From: Candidatus Velthaea sp.
Lineage (GTDB): Bacteria > Vulcanimicrobiota > Vulcanimicrobiia > Vulcanimicrobiales > Vulcanimicrobiaceae
Direction of reading: 5' to 3'
Assembly (NCBI GenBank): GCA_965214935.1
Contig: CBDCCS010000002.1
Coordinates: forward strand, 20,617-84,616
Length of the DNA stretch: 64,000 bases
Position numbers and translations under genes: made by a program. Positions 50,483-58,920 of the stretch are shown here, piece after piece. The notes beneath the pieces are model-generated. The model had not been told where the DNA came from. It saw only the letters and a list, made by a program, of their open reading frames with translations, and searched no databases. Within the stretch, counting starts at the first letter, position 1; each line of letters opens with the position of its first letter.

Positions 50483-50878
50483 ATGGCGCCCAACGTTCGC
50501 TTCGCTGTAGCCGTCCTCGTAATGCTGTCGTTCGTGGCCGGTCCGGCCGGCGCGCAATCCATGCAATTGCCCGAACCGGTCGGGATGGACGGCGATCCGG
50601 CGGCGCGCCTGGTGCTCAGCGGCAATTCCGCCTTTTTACAGGGCGACTTGGCGGCGGCAGATGCCGATTATCGCGCGGCGCTTCGTCGCAAGCCCGATTT
50701 CGCCGTCGCAACATTCGATCTCGGACTCGTCGAGATTCACGAAGGCCGGAGAATGCCCGGTCTGGCCCATCTCGATCGCGGCATCGCCTTGGCGCGCGAA
50801 CATGGAATGGCTACAAGTTATATCGCTCGCCTACGTGCGCTGCGAAACGCGTTTAGCGAACAGCGTTCGTTGACATAG
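50483..50878 (+). CDS. Small exported TPR protein
   Basis: Signal peptide; GN....GDLAAA...Y..AL...PDF..A.F.LG TPR. Confidence 0.75.
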   Translation: MAPNVRFAVAVLVMLSFVAGPAGAQSMQLPEPVGMDGDPAARLVLSGNSAFLQGDLAAADADYRAALRRKPDFAVATFDLGLVEIHEGRRMPGLAHLDRGIALAREHGMATSYIARLRALRNAFSEQRSLT

Positions 50879-50935
50879 ACGGCGCTTTCGCCTCGCGCAC
50901 GAGCAAGCAAATACAGCAGGGGTTGCCGGCGAACC

Positions 50936-51940
50936 GTGGACGATGAAGCAAAGCAAACATCGGATATAACCGCGCTGGCCAACGCTCCACGCCGCATAAG
51001 CGCCTTGTCGTGGAAAGACAATGCCGTCGTTTACCTTGACGTGCGTGCGATTCCCACTATCGTTTACCGGCGCGCTTCAAGCCTCGACGATATTACCGCT
51101 GCGATCGTGCACGAACGCGTCGCGGGCACGGTACGACGCGATCTCATCGGCGCCTATGGTCTCGCATTCGCACGTCGCGACGGCGCAACCGGCGATATTT
51201 TTCGCACCATTCTCGAACGTATTCGCACGCTGTGCGGACGTACGACGGTGCACTCGGCGATCGATCGAGTCGCCGGCGCGACCGCAGCTCACGCGCTTGA
51301 CGAGGCACACGCGTGTCTAGCAGAACAGGCTCGCACCGACGACGCGATCGCTCGGAACGCATCGCCGTTATTGGACGGCAGGTCCGCGATTCTGAGCGAC
51401 GGCTTAAGCGGTCCGTTCTTTCACGGCGAACGGCGCGCAACGGTCTTCTTGCGTGAATCACAAGCGCCGGACGACACGGCAACGTTTAGCGCCTTTGCGT
51501 TGCAACATGCCGGCATCGCGGCAACGATTTTTCCGGATCGCGCTGCGGCATGGCTATTGCAGAGTGCCGGGATCGATGCGGTCATCGTCGGCGCGCAAGC
51601 AATCGGCGCCGATGCAGATGCGGTATGCGCGATCGGAACCTATGGCATCGCACTCGCCGCAGCGCATCACGGCATCCCGTGTTATCTTGCGGCTTCACGT
51701 TCGATCGTCGACTGCACGCTGCGCTTAACGCAGTTGCAAACGATCGCCGCGGGCGGCGTTGACATCGGCAACGGCATTTTTCCGCGCTGGGACGTGACGC
51801 CGGGCCGCTTTTTTAGCGCAATCGTGACGGAATATGGAATTACGCGCCCGCCGTACGATGAATCGTTGCTCGATCTGCTGAGCCGGCCGGATTATTCCCT
51901 GTTAAGCAACGATCGCGCTCGCGACGAACCGATCGGGTAA
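50936..51940 (+). CDS. MtnA/eIF2B-family protein, catalytically degenerate
   Basis: IDAVIVGA, IGTYGIALAAAHHGIPCY, DVTP, IVTEYG retained; catalytic motifs altered. Confidence 0.8.
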   Translation: MDDEAKQTSDITALANAPRRISALSWKDNAVVYLDVRAIPTIVYRRASSLDDITAAIVHERVAGTVRRDLIGAYGLAFARRDGATGDIFRTILERIRTLCGRTTVHSAIDRVAGATAAHALDEAHACLAEQARTDDAIARNASPLLDGRSAILSDGLSGPFFHGERRATVFLRESQAPDDTATFSAFALQHAGIAATIFPDRAAAWLLQSAGIDAVIVGAQAIGADADAVCAIGTYGIALAAAHHGIPCYLAASRSIVDCTLRLTQLQTIAAGGVDIGNGIFPRWDVTPGRFFSAIVTEYGITRPPYDESLLDLLSRPDYSLLSNDRARDEPIG

Positions 51941-52099
51941 AGCGCTACGACGTTGCTCGGCCCCGTAGCCCGCACGCTCTCGTGCGGCTACTACGGCTCA
52001 CCGGCGATCAGAGTCTCGGCGGCAAACGCGCGCGGCTCGCCTTGTACATTGAACGTTCGTGTCTGCTCCTTGCTTGTTCTTCGTCAGGCAAGCGGAGCG

Positions 52100-52193
52100 T
52101 GGCGGAAAAGTGTGAGAGTCGAACTCACCAGTCTGCTTGCGAAGACCTCAACGGTTTTGAAGACCGAGCGAACCACCGGATTCGTACTTTTCC
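52100..52193 (-). tRNA. selC: tRNA-Sec (anticodon UCA)
   Basis: GGAAAAGT/ACTTTTCC 8-bp acceptor stem + GCCA, extended D stem, CTTCAAA anticodon loop, long variable arm, GTGAG-TTCGACT-CTCAC T arm; 94 nt. Confidence 0.97.
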
Positions 52194-52321
52194 AAGCGCA
52201 TCGGGTTCTTCGGTACGTTCGAACGTCGTCCCGTCGTACGCACGACCGTTGCCGCTGCACGACGGCTCACATCAACACGCGATTCTCGGCAACCGGGAGG
52301 CGCCGCTTGACGCCCGGACGC

Positions 52322-53341
52322 TCACGCATCGACGATCATACCATCGCCGGCTTCGACGCTGCCGATCATAGCCGCGAGTGAGCCGCCGGCAAGGAGCGCG
52401 GCTTGTAAAACCGCAGTGCGATCGGCTGCAACAGCGATGAGGAGCCCGCCGCTTGTCTGCGCATCGCTCAAAATCAGCCGCAATTCCGCATCGATCTGCG
52501 AACCGAAGGTAGTAAACTCCGCGTGCTCGCGCGCATTGCGCCGCGATCCGCCCGGCAGAACGCCGCTGCGAACGAGCTCGCGAACGTTCGCAAATAACGG
52601 AATCGCAGCGGCGCTAAGTCTCAGGCGCACGCCGCTTGCACGAGCGATCTCATGTGCATGACCGAGCAGACCGAAACCGGTCACATCGGTCGCGGCGTGG
52701 ACGCCGATGCCCACCATCGCCTGTGCCGCAGAAGCATTGAGTCGCGTCATCGAGCGGACTGCCTCACGCATCCGGTCTTCGCCGATCGACCCGTTTTTTA
52801 ATGCAGAACCCAAGATGCCGGTGCCGATCGGTTTGGTCAGCAGTAGCCGATCGCCGGGCAACGCACCGGCATTTGTGACGATTTGCGCCGGGTGAATGCG
52901 GCCCGTTACCGCCATGCCGTATTTCGGTTCCGCATCTTCGATCGTATGGCCGCCGAGAATAGCGACGCCGGCCGCTTGTGCCACCGCTGCGCCGCCGGCG
53001 AGAATTTGCGCGAGCGGTTCAACTCCGTAATCGCCGATCGGGAAGCTCGCAATGTTCAGCGCCGTCAGCGGCGTTGCGCCCATGGCATATAAATCCGATA
53101 ATGCGTTGGTTGCCGCAATTCGCCCGAAGTCATATGGATCGTCGACGATCGGCGTGAAAAAATCAACGGTCTGAACGATTGCCAGATCGTCGGTCAACCG
53201 GTAAACGCCGGCGTCGTCGCTCGTTTGAAAACCGACGAGCACGTTCGGATCGGTCGTGGGCGGTAAACGGCGCAAAACTTGCGCCAGGTCGGCTGAGCCG
53301 ACTTTACTCGCTCAACCACCGCTCGATGACAACGTCGTCAA
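52322..53341 (-). CDS. selD: Selenide, water dikinase; selenoprotein with Sec UGA at 53314-53312
   Basis: Extending the ORF upstream through the in-frame TGA gives LTTLSSSGG-U-ASKVG; also SDDAGVY, QTVDFFTP, GGHT, LTKPIGTG, TDVTGFGLLGH, DAQTSGGLL. Confidence 0.95.
53288..53302 (-). promoter_or_regulatory. Candidate SECIS hairpin of selD
   Basis: GUCGGC-UCA-GCCGAC stem beginning 9 nt 3' of the UGA. Confidence 0.65.
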
Positions 53342-53529
53342 TTTGATACAGAATCACCTCATTTCGCGCCGCGATCGGCCGGAGTGCCCTACCGTAGAGA
53401 ATTGCCATTTCGTTCGCAGCGTTACTGCCGGGTTAACGCGGTAACATCGCATCGGGCCGTGTTGGATTAAACCGGCTCGCCGCGCGCCGAACGGCAGCGA
53501 GGGGCACGCCGGCGTCGAACTATAGATTC

Positions 53530-54906
53530 GTGCGTTCCATCCTGCGCGATTTGCCCGCGGTGCATCGCTTTCTCACCGACCCGAGTTTGGCCGCCTTTGC
53601 GCACACGCTCGGCAACGAAGCCCTCAAATCCGCCGTTACCGACGAACTGCGCGAGACACGACGGCAGGTTACCGACGCGCAGACCTCGCTGCCGCCGTAC
53701 GCGACGCTCGTCGAACGGATCGCCGCGCGGCTCGAACGCCATGAGTCCGACGCGCTGCTCTCCGTCATCAACGGCACGGGCATTTTGCTGCACACCAATC
53801 TCGGTCGTGCGCCGCTCGCGCCGGAAGCCATCGAAGCGATGGCAACCATCACGGGCGGCTTTTCGAATCTCGAGTACGATGTCGATGCCGGCTCGCGCGG
53901 CTCGCGTTACGATCGGATCACGGCGCTTTTACGGGAGACCACCGGAGCGCCGGCAGCGTTGCTGGTCAACAATTGCGCCGCTGCCGTCATGCTCGTTCTC
54001 GATACCTATGCGCGCGGACGCGAAGTCGTTACCGCGCGCAATGCACTCATCGAGATCGGCGGCGGTTTCCGCATACCTGACGTCTTACAGCGCAGCGGTG
54101 CACGACTCGTCGAAGTCGGCACGACCAACAAAGTGTATTTGCGCGACTACGAGCGTGCACTGAGCGTCGATACCGCCTTGTTGCTGCGCAATCATGCATC
54201 GAACTTTCGCATTGCCGGGTTCGTCGCCGACGTCGCACCGGCCGACATTGCAGAACTCGGACGACGCGCCGGCGTCACGGCGGTCGAGGATCTCGGCTCG
54301 GGAGCGCTCGTCGATCTCGCCGCCTACGGCTTACCGCACGAACGCACGGTGCGCGAAGCGATTGCCGACGGTTTCGCGCTCGTAATGTTTTCGGGCGATA
54401 AACTTCTGGGCGGCCCGCAAGCCGGTATCATCGCCGGAACGCAGGCGGCCATCGCGCGGCTGCGCACCAATCCGCTGCTGCGCGCTTTACGCGTCGACAA
54501 GGCGACGCTCGCGGCACTCGCGGCAACCTTGCATCTGTACTTGCGCCCGGGCGGCATCGATCGCATTCCACTGTATGCGATGCTCGGTGCGAGCGTCGAA
54601 AGCTTAGCCGTCCGCGCAAATCGGCTGCGCGATGCACTCGGTGCAGAGAACGCTACGGCGGTCGCAATGCATGGCCGCGTCGGCGGCGGAACCTTGCCGG
54701 AAGTGCCGGTGCCGTCATACGGACTAGCAATCGAATCGCGCGGCGAAAATGCTGCCGCGTTTGCCGCGCGTTTGCGGCGTGCTCGGCCGCCCATCGTCGG
54801 GCGCGTCAACGACGGCAAGTGGTTCATCGACTTGCGAACGATTCGCGAAACCGATGACGCTTACGTAACGGCTTTGCTCCGGCGCGCACTCGCTGCGCAA
54901 ACGTAG
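53530..54906 (+). CDS. selA: L-seryl-tRNA(Sec) selenium transferase
   Basis: VINGTGILLHTNLGRAPL, EIGGGFRIPDV, EVGTTN, EDLGSG, FSGDKLLGGPQAG. Confidence 0.97.
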   Translation: MRSILRDLPAVHRFLTDPSLAAFAHTLGNEALKSAVTDELRETRRQVTDAQTSLPPYATLVERIAARLERHESDALLSVINGTGILLHTNLGRAPLAPEAIEAMATITGGFSNLEYDVDAGSRGSRYDRITALLRETTGAPAALLVNNCAAAVMLVLDTYARGREVVTARNALIEIGGGFRIPDVLQRSGARLVEVGTTNKVYLRDYERALSVDTALLLRNHASNFRIAGFVADVAPADIAELGRRAGVTAVEDLGSGALVDLAAYGLPHERTVREAIADGFALVMFSGDKLLGGPQAGIIAGTQAAIARLRTNPLLRALRVDKATLAALAATLHLYLRPGGIDRIPLYAMLGASVESLAVRANRLRDALGAENATAVAMHGRVGGGTLPEVPVPSYGLAIESRGENAAAFAARLRRARPPIVGRVNDGKWFIDLRTIRETDDAYVTALLRRALAAQT

Positions 54907-54915
54907 CGGCGCACC

Positions 54916-56769
54916 ATGCACGTTGTCGGCACGGCCGGTCATGTCGATCACGGGAAATCATCGCTTGTGCGCGCATTGACCGGCGTCAATCCGGATCGCT
55001 GGCTCGAAGAACAGCGGCGCGGCATGACGCTCGATCTCGGTTTCGCTCCGTTGTCGTTCGCCGACGGAACGCAAGCCGGAATCATCGATGTTCCGGGACA
55101 CGAACGGTTCTTACATAATATGCTCGCCGGCGCTGCGGGGATGGAAGTCGTTCTGCTCGTCATTGCCGCTAACGAAGGCGTCAAACCGCAGACGCTCGAG
55201 CATCTCGCCATATTGCGCTACCTTAATGTCGCGCAGACGTTGATCGTTTTGAGCAAGATCGATACCGTATCGGCCAATGAACGCTCGCACGTTCAAAGTC
55301 GCTTGCGAGAAGATTTGCAGGATACGATCGCCGCCGGCGCTGCAGTGTTACCGGTCTCGACGGTGACCGGAGCGGGCGTAGAAGACTTGCGCGCAGCGTT
55401 ACATGCAGCGTTGCAGGCGCTACCGGAGCGGTCGCCCGACGCGCCGGCCTATCTGCCGATCGATCGCGTTTTTGCTCTTGCCGGCCACGGGACAATCGTG
55501 ACCGGCACCTTGCTGCAAGGTCGCATCGCCGTCGGTGAAACGCTGTGGCTTTCGCCGCTCGAACGTTCGGTGCGCATCCGCAGTCTGCAAGTCTTTGGAG
55601 AAAAGCGCGATCGCGCCGGCGGCGGTACGCGCGTTGCCGTTAATTTGCCGGGCGTCGAACGCACGGAGATCCGGCGCGGCGCCGTATTGGCAAGTTCGCA
55701 GTTCACGGCGTCAACCCGGCTCGCAGTTCGCTTCACGCCCCTAACGGCCGCGCTCGAAATGCTCAAGCGCAGCACGCCGGTGCGCGCCTATATCGGCGCC
55801 GCCGAGATCCTCGCGACGCTCGTGTTCGACAGCGTTCCGACGCGCGCGATCGAAATTAACGGGACGCTGCATTTGCGCGAATCGACCGTGACCGTGCCCG
55901 GTGCACCGTTCGTCGTCCGTCGCGTGTCGCCGATGAACGTTCTGGGTGGCGGAACCATCGCCGCGGCGAACGCCGCAGTTGCAATCGCCGCCGGCGCCGG
56001 CGGCGATAGCGCCGATACGCTTGCGGTGATCGCCGCGCTCACAAACGCCGGACTTGCCGGCGCTGCCGCAGCGGCTCTCGGAGCCGTGGCGAACCTTAGC
56101 GAAGACCGCGTGAAGACGGTGCTGGCCGGGCTTACCCAGGACGGTCGCGTCATCGTGCTCCTCAAACCACCGGCGTACATACGGAGCGAAACGGCAGCAG
56201 CGTTGCTCGCGCGCGCGCTCGATGTGTTGGAGCAGCGCCAGCGCGAACGGCCGTGGCACATGGGCATGACATCGCTGGCGCTCGGACACGCACTCGGCAT
56301 TTCCGAACCCGTGCTCATGCGCGTGTTGGCTGCGTACGTCGAAGCGGGCCGGCTCGTCTACCGCAGCGGTTACTACAGTACGCTCGCCTTTCGGCCGCAG
56401 CTCAGCATTGCACAGCGATCGTTCTTTGATTCGATCTTTTCCGCAGGCGCAAACGCTCCGGTCGCATTCGAGGAGCTACGGAATCGAATGCGAGTCAGTA
56501 ACGTTGCCGATATCAGCGCCGCGTTTGAGACGCTCGTCGTTACCGGTGTCCTCTCAAAAGTCGGCGACACCATTTATCGCGGCGAGCAGATAGCGACGAT
56601 TCGCACGCAACTCGAGCGAGCGTTGCAAAAGAGCGGCGAAATCACGGTAGCGCAATTTCGCGACGTGACCGGCTCGTCGCGTAAGTATGCCGTCCCGCTG
56701 CTCGAGTTCTTCGATGCCACCGGCGTTACCATTCGCAGCGGTGACGTTCGAACGTTGCGGCGCCGCTGA
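54916..56769 (+). CDS. selB: Selenocysteine-specific elongation factor
   Basis: GTAGHVDHGKS, RGMTLDLGF, DVPGHE, C-terminal SSRKYAVPLLEFFD winged helix. Confidence 0.97.
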   Translation: MHVVGTAGHVDHGKSSLVRALTGVNPDRWLEEQRRGMTLDLGFAPLSFADGTQAGIIDVPGHERFLHNMLAGAAGMEVVLLVIAANEGVKPQTLEHLAILRYLNVAQTLIVLSKIDTVSANERSHVQSRLREDLQDTIAAGAAVLPVSTVTGAGVEDLRAALHAALQALPERSPDAPAYLPIDRVFALAGHGTIVTGTLLQGRIAVGETLWLSPLERSVRIRSLQVFGEKRDRAGGGTRVAVNLPGVERTEIRRGAVLASSQFTASTRLAVRFTPLTAALEMLKRSTPVRAYIGAAEILATLVFDSVPTRAIEINGTLHLRESTVTVPGAPFVVRRVSPMNVLGGGTIAAANAAVAIAAGAGGDSADTLAVIAALTNAGLAGAAAAALGAVANLSEDRVKTVLAGLTQDGRVIVLLKPPAYIRSETAAALLARALDVLEQRQRERPWHMGMTSLALGHALGISEPVLMRVLAAYVEAGRLVYRSGYYSTLAFRPQLSIAQRSFFDSIFSAGANAPVAFEELRNRMRVSNVADISAAFETLVVTGVLSKVGDTIYRGEQIATIRTQLERALQKSGEITVAQFRDVTGSSRKYAVPLLEFFDATGVTIRSGDVRTLRRR

Positions 56770-56775
56770 CGTTTG

Positions 56776-58920
56776 CTATGCTTTGCGTAATCGTCCGGCG
56801 GTGTCAAACTCACGAAACACTGCGGCAAAGGCCTCATCTCGGGCAAGTTCTTCGAGCGTACGCGATAGTTTACGGCGCCAATTCGGCCGCTCGTCCGAGG
56901 TTGTCGGTACGTTGACGGGCTCCATCTCTCCCGTCACATCGTCGATCTGAGCGACGGCGAGTGCGGATGCCGTAGCGGCCAAAAAGGCGTGGGCCGCTGC
57001 GAACAAACGGCGACGGTCGATCGGGACCGATGCGTCGAGCACGTTGGCCGCCCGCAGTGCCGCCAGCAGCGTGTCGCGGTCGTGTTCGCGTCCGCGCGTC
57101 TGTTCGCGCGCCGGAGATCGGCGCAGTAATCCAAGCCGTTCGCGCAACCGGATATCGGCGCCGTCCCACCACTCGGCAAGCGTCGGCAAATCGTGACTGC
57201 CCAAGACCGCCAGCGCTAACGCGGGATACGCGGCGGGTGCAAGAAAGGCGGCATCGTCCGTCGCTTCACGTTCGAAGAACAGCACGCGATACGAAAGAAT
57301 GTTGGCGGCGGCCATGCGTTCGCGGAAACCGGCCGGCACCGTTCCGAGATCTTCACCGACGACCAGACAGCACGACCGCTGACTCTCCAACGCGAGGATG
57401 CCGACAAGGTCGTCGAGCGGATACCGCACGTACGCACCCTCACCCGGCGTCGCCCCGTCCGGCACCCAGTACAGATGCCGCAACGCCATCACGTGATCGA
57501 TGCGCAACCCTCCGGCATGCCGCATATTCGCGCGCACCAGCTCGATGAAGCTGCGGTAGCCTTCGTCGCGCAGGGCTTGCGGATGAAACGGCGGCAAGCC
57601 CCAATCTTGACCTGCGGGATTGTAGATGTCCGGCGGTGCGCCGACTCGAGCCGCCGTCACGACCGCGGCCTGATTCGCCCACGTTTCAGCACCCGCCGGG
57701 TCGGCGCCGACGGCCAAATCGCGGTACAGGCCGACCCGCATCGGTTCGGCCGCTTGCGCCGCCGCGCCAAGTTGCGTATCCGCGATCCACTGCAGCCACG
57801 CCTCGAAGTCAACGTCGGCGGCATGCTCGCGAGCGAATTGTTCGACGGCTGCCGATGCCGGGTCGCGGAATTCAGCCGGCCAGTCTTGCCACGATGCGCG
57901 CGCGCCGATGTCCGCGAAGTGCCGCCGCAGTGCCATGAACACAAAGGTTCGCTCGAACGCGCGGCCGCAATTGCGGCGGAAGTCCGCGAAGGTTTGCCGG
58001 CGCTCGGCCGAGGCAGCCGCGCGAAACTGCGCATAGATGAGTTGCAGCGCTTCGATCTTGAGCGCCGCGACCGCCGAGTAGTCGACGAGTTCGGCGGCCC
58101 GGCAATCTGCAAGTCGCCGCGCGAAGTCCGGTGCTTGCACGTGCGCCTGCACGTCAGCCGACTGCGCGTATTCCGTTATTAGCGTTACGTCGATATTGAG
58201 CACGTTGAGTAACAAGCGGCTGGCGGGAGAGTACGGGCTGGCGTGCTCGGGCTCGTCGAGAAACATGCTATGTAGGGGGTTGAGCCCGACGACATCGCCG
58301 CCACGCTCTGCAACGAGCGTTACGAAACGCTGCAAATCGGAAAAATCACCGATACCCCAGTTGTCGGCCGAGCGCAAGAGATACAACTGCGTGGCAATCC
58401 CGGCCAGCCGCTCGCCGGCCGCAAGCGCCGGCGGCAACCAGCACGCGCCCGGCGTAACGATGAGCAGCATCTCGTCGCCCGCATCGATCCGCAGCCGATG
58501 GTAACCCGTCGCAACGTCCGACGGCAGAACGAGTTCGCGGCGCGTGCGTGCGCCGCCGTCGGGTTCGCGCTCGACGATCGTCAGCTCCGCGAGTCCGACG
58601 GTCGCCGAGCGTACTTCGCCGTGCTCCAGCGTTAGCGTCCAACGCAGGTCGCCGGCTTCGCGCGAGACGACGACCGGAACCCGGAGCGCATCGGGCGGAG
58701 CGACCAGGACGGGCGGCAAAACGCGCTGCCAATGCTCGGCACGCTTGACATCTAACGCCGCTTGCGACGCAGCGTCGTCGGTCGCCTCAACGCCGAGCGC
58801 TGCAAGCAACGCGCGCTGTGTCTGCGCCGACGTTCGCTTGGTGGCGCCGACGGCATCGGTGAACTCCGGCTCGATACCGTACTGCTCCGCGAGCGCATCG
58901 AGCGCCCCGAGGTCGTTCAC
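56776..58920 (-). CDS. malQ: 4-alpha-glucanotransferase (GH77)
   Basis: WGIGDF, SPYSPASR, YRDLAVG, GAPPD..GQDWG, LRIDHVM, GEDLG, HDLPT. Confidence 0.96.
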   Translation of the reverse strand: MNDLGALDALAEQYGIEPEFTDAVGATKRTSAQTQRALLAALGVEATDDAASQAALDVKRAEHWQRVLPPVLVAPPDALRVPVVVSREAGDLRWTLTLEHGEVRSATVGLAELTIVEREPDGGARTRRELVLPSDVATGYHRLRIDAGDEMLLIVTPGACWLPPALAAGERLAGIATQLYLLRSADNWGIGDFSDLQRFVTLVAERGGDVVGLNPLHSMFLDEPEHASPYSPASRLLLNVLNIDVTLITEYAQSADVQAHVQAPDFARRLADCRAAELVDYSAVAALKIEALQLIYAQFRAAASAERRQTFADFRRNCGRAFERTFVFMALRRHFADIGARASWQDWPAEFRDPASAAVEQFAREHAADVDFEAWLQWIADTQLGAAAQAAEPMRVGLYRDLAVGADPAGAETWANQAAVVTAARVGAPPDIYNPAGQDWGLPPFHPQALRDEGYRSFIELVRANMRHAGGLRIDHVMALRHLYWVPDGATPGEGAYVRYPLDDLVGILALESQRSCCLVVGEDLGTVPAGFRERMAAANILSYRVLFFEREATDDAAFLAPAAYPALALAVLGSHDLPTLAEWWDGADIRLRERLGLLRRSPAREQTRGREHDRDTLLAALRAANVLDASVPIDRRRLFAAAHAFLAATASALAVAQIDDVTGEMEPVNVPTTSDERPNWRRKLSRTLEELARDEAFAAVFREFDTAGRLRKA

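Noticed and set aside
52100..52193. selC as an integration site for a genomic island
   Set aside because: No integrase and no duplicated tRNA 3' end seen in the window.
51953..52381. ORFs spanning 51953-52381
   Set aside because: They overlap tRNA-Sec and hairpins; no protein motifs.
53342..53362. In-frame ATG-AGG-TGA upstream of selD suggesting a second Sec (M-R-U-F-C-I-K-L)
   Set aside because: The TGA is part of the Shine-Dalgarno-like GAGGTGA, SelD has no Cys/Sec at that position, and a start at TTG 53341 (or ATC 53347) is simpler.
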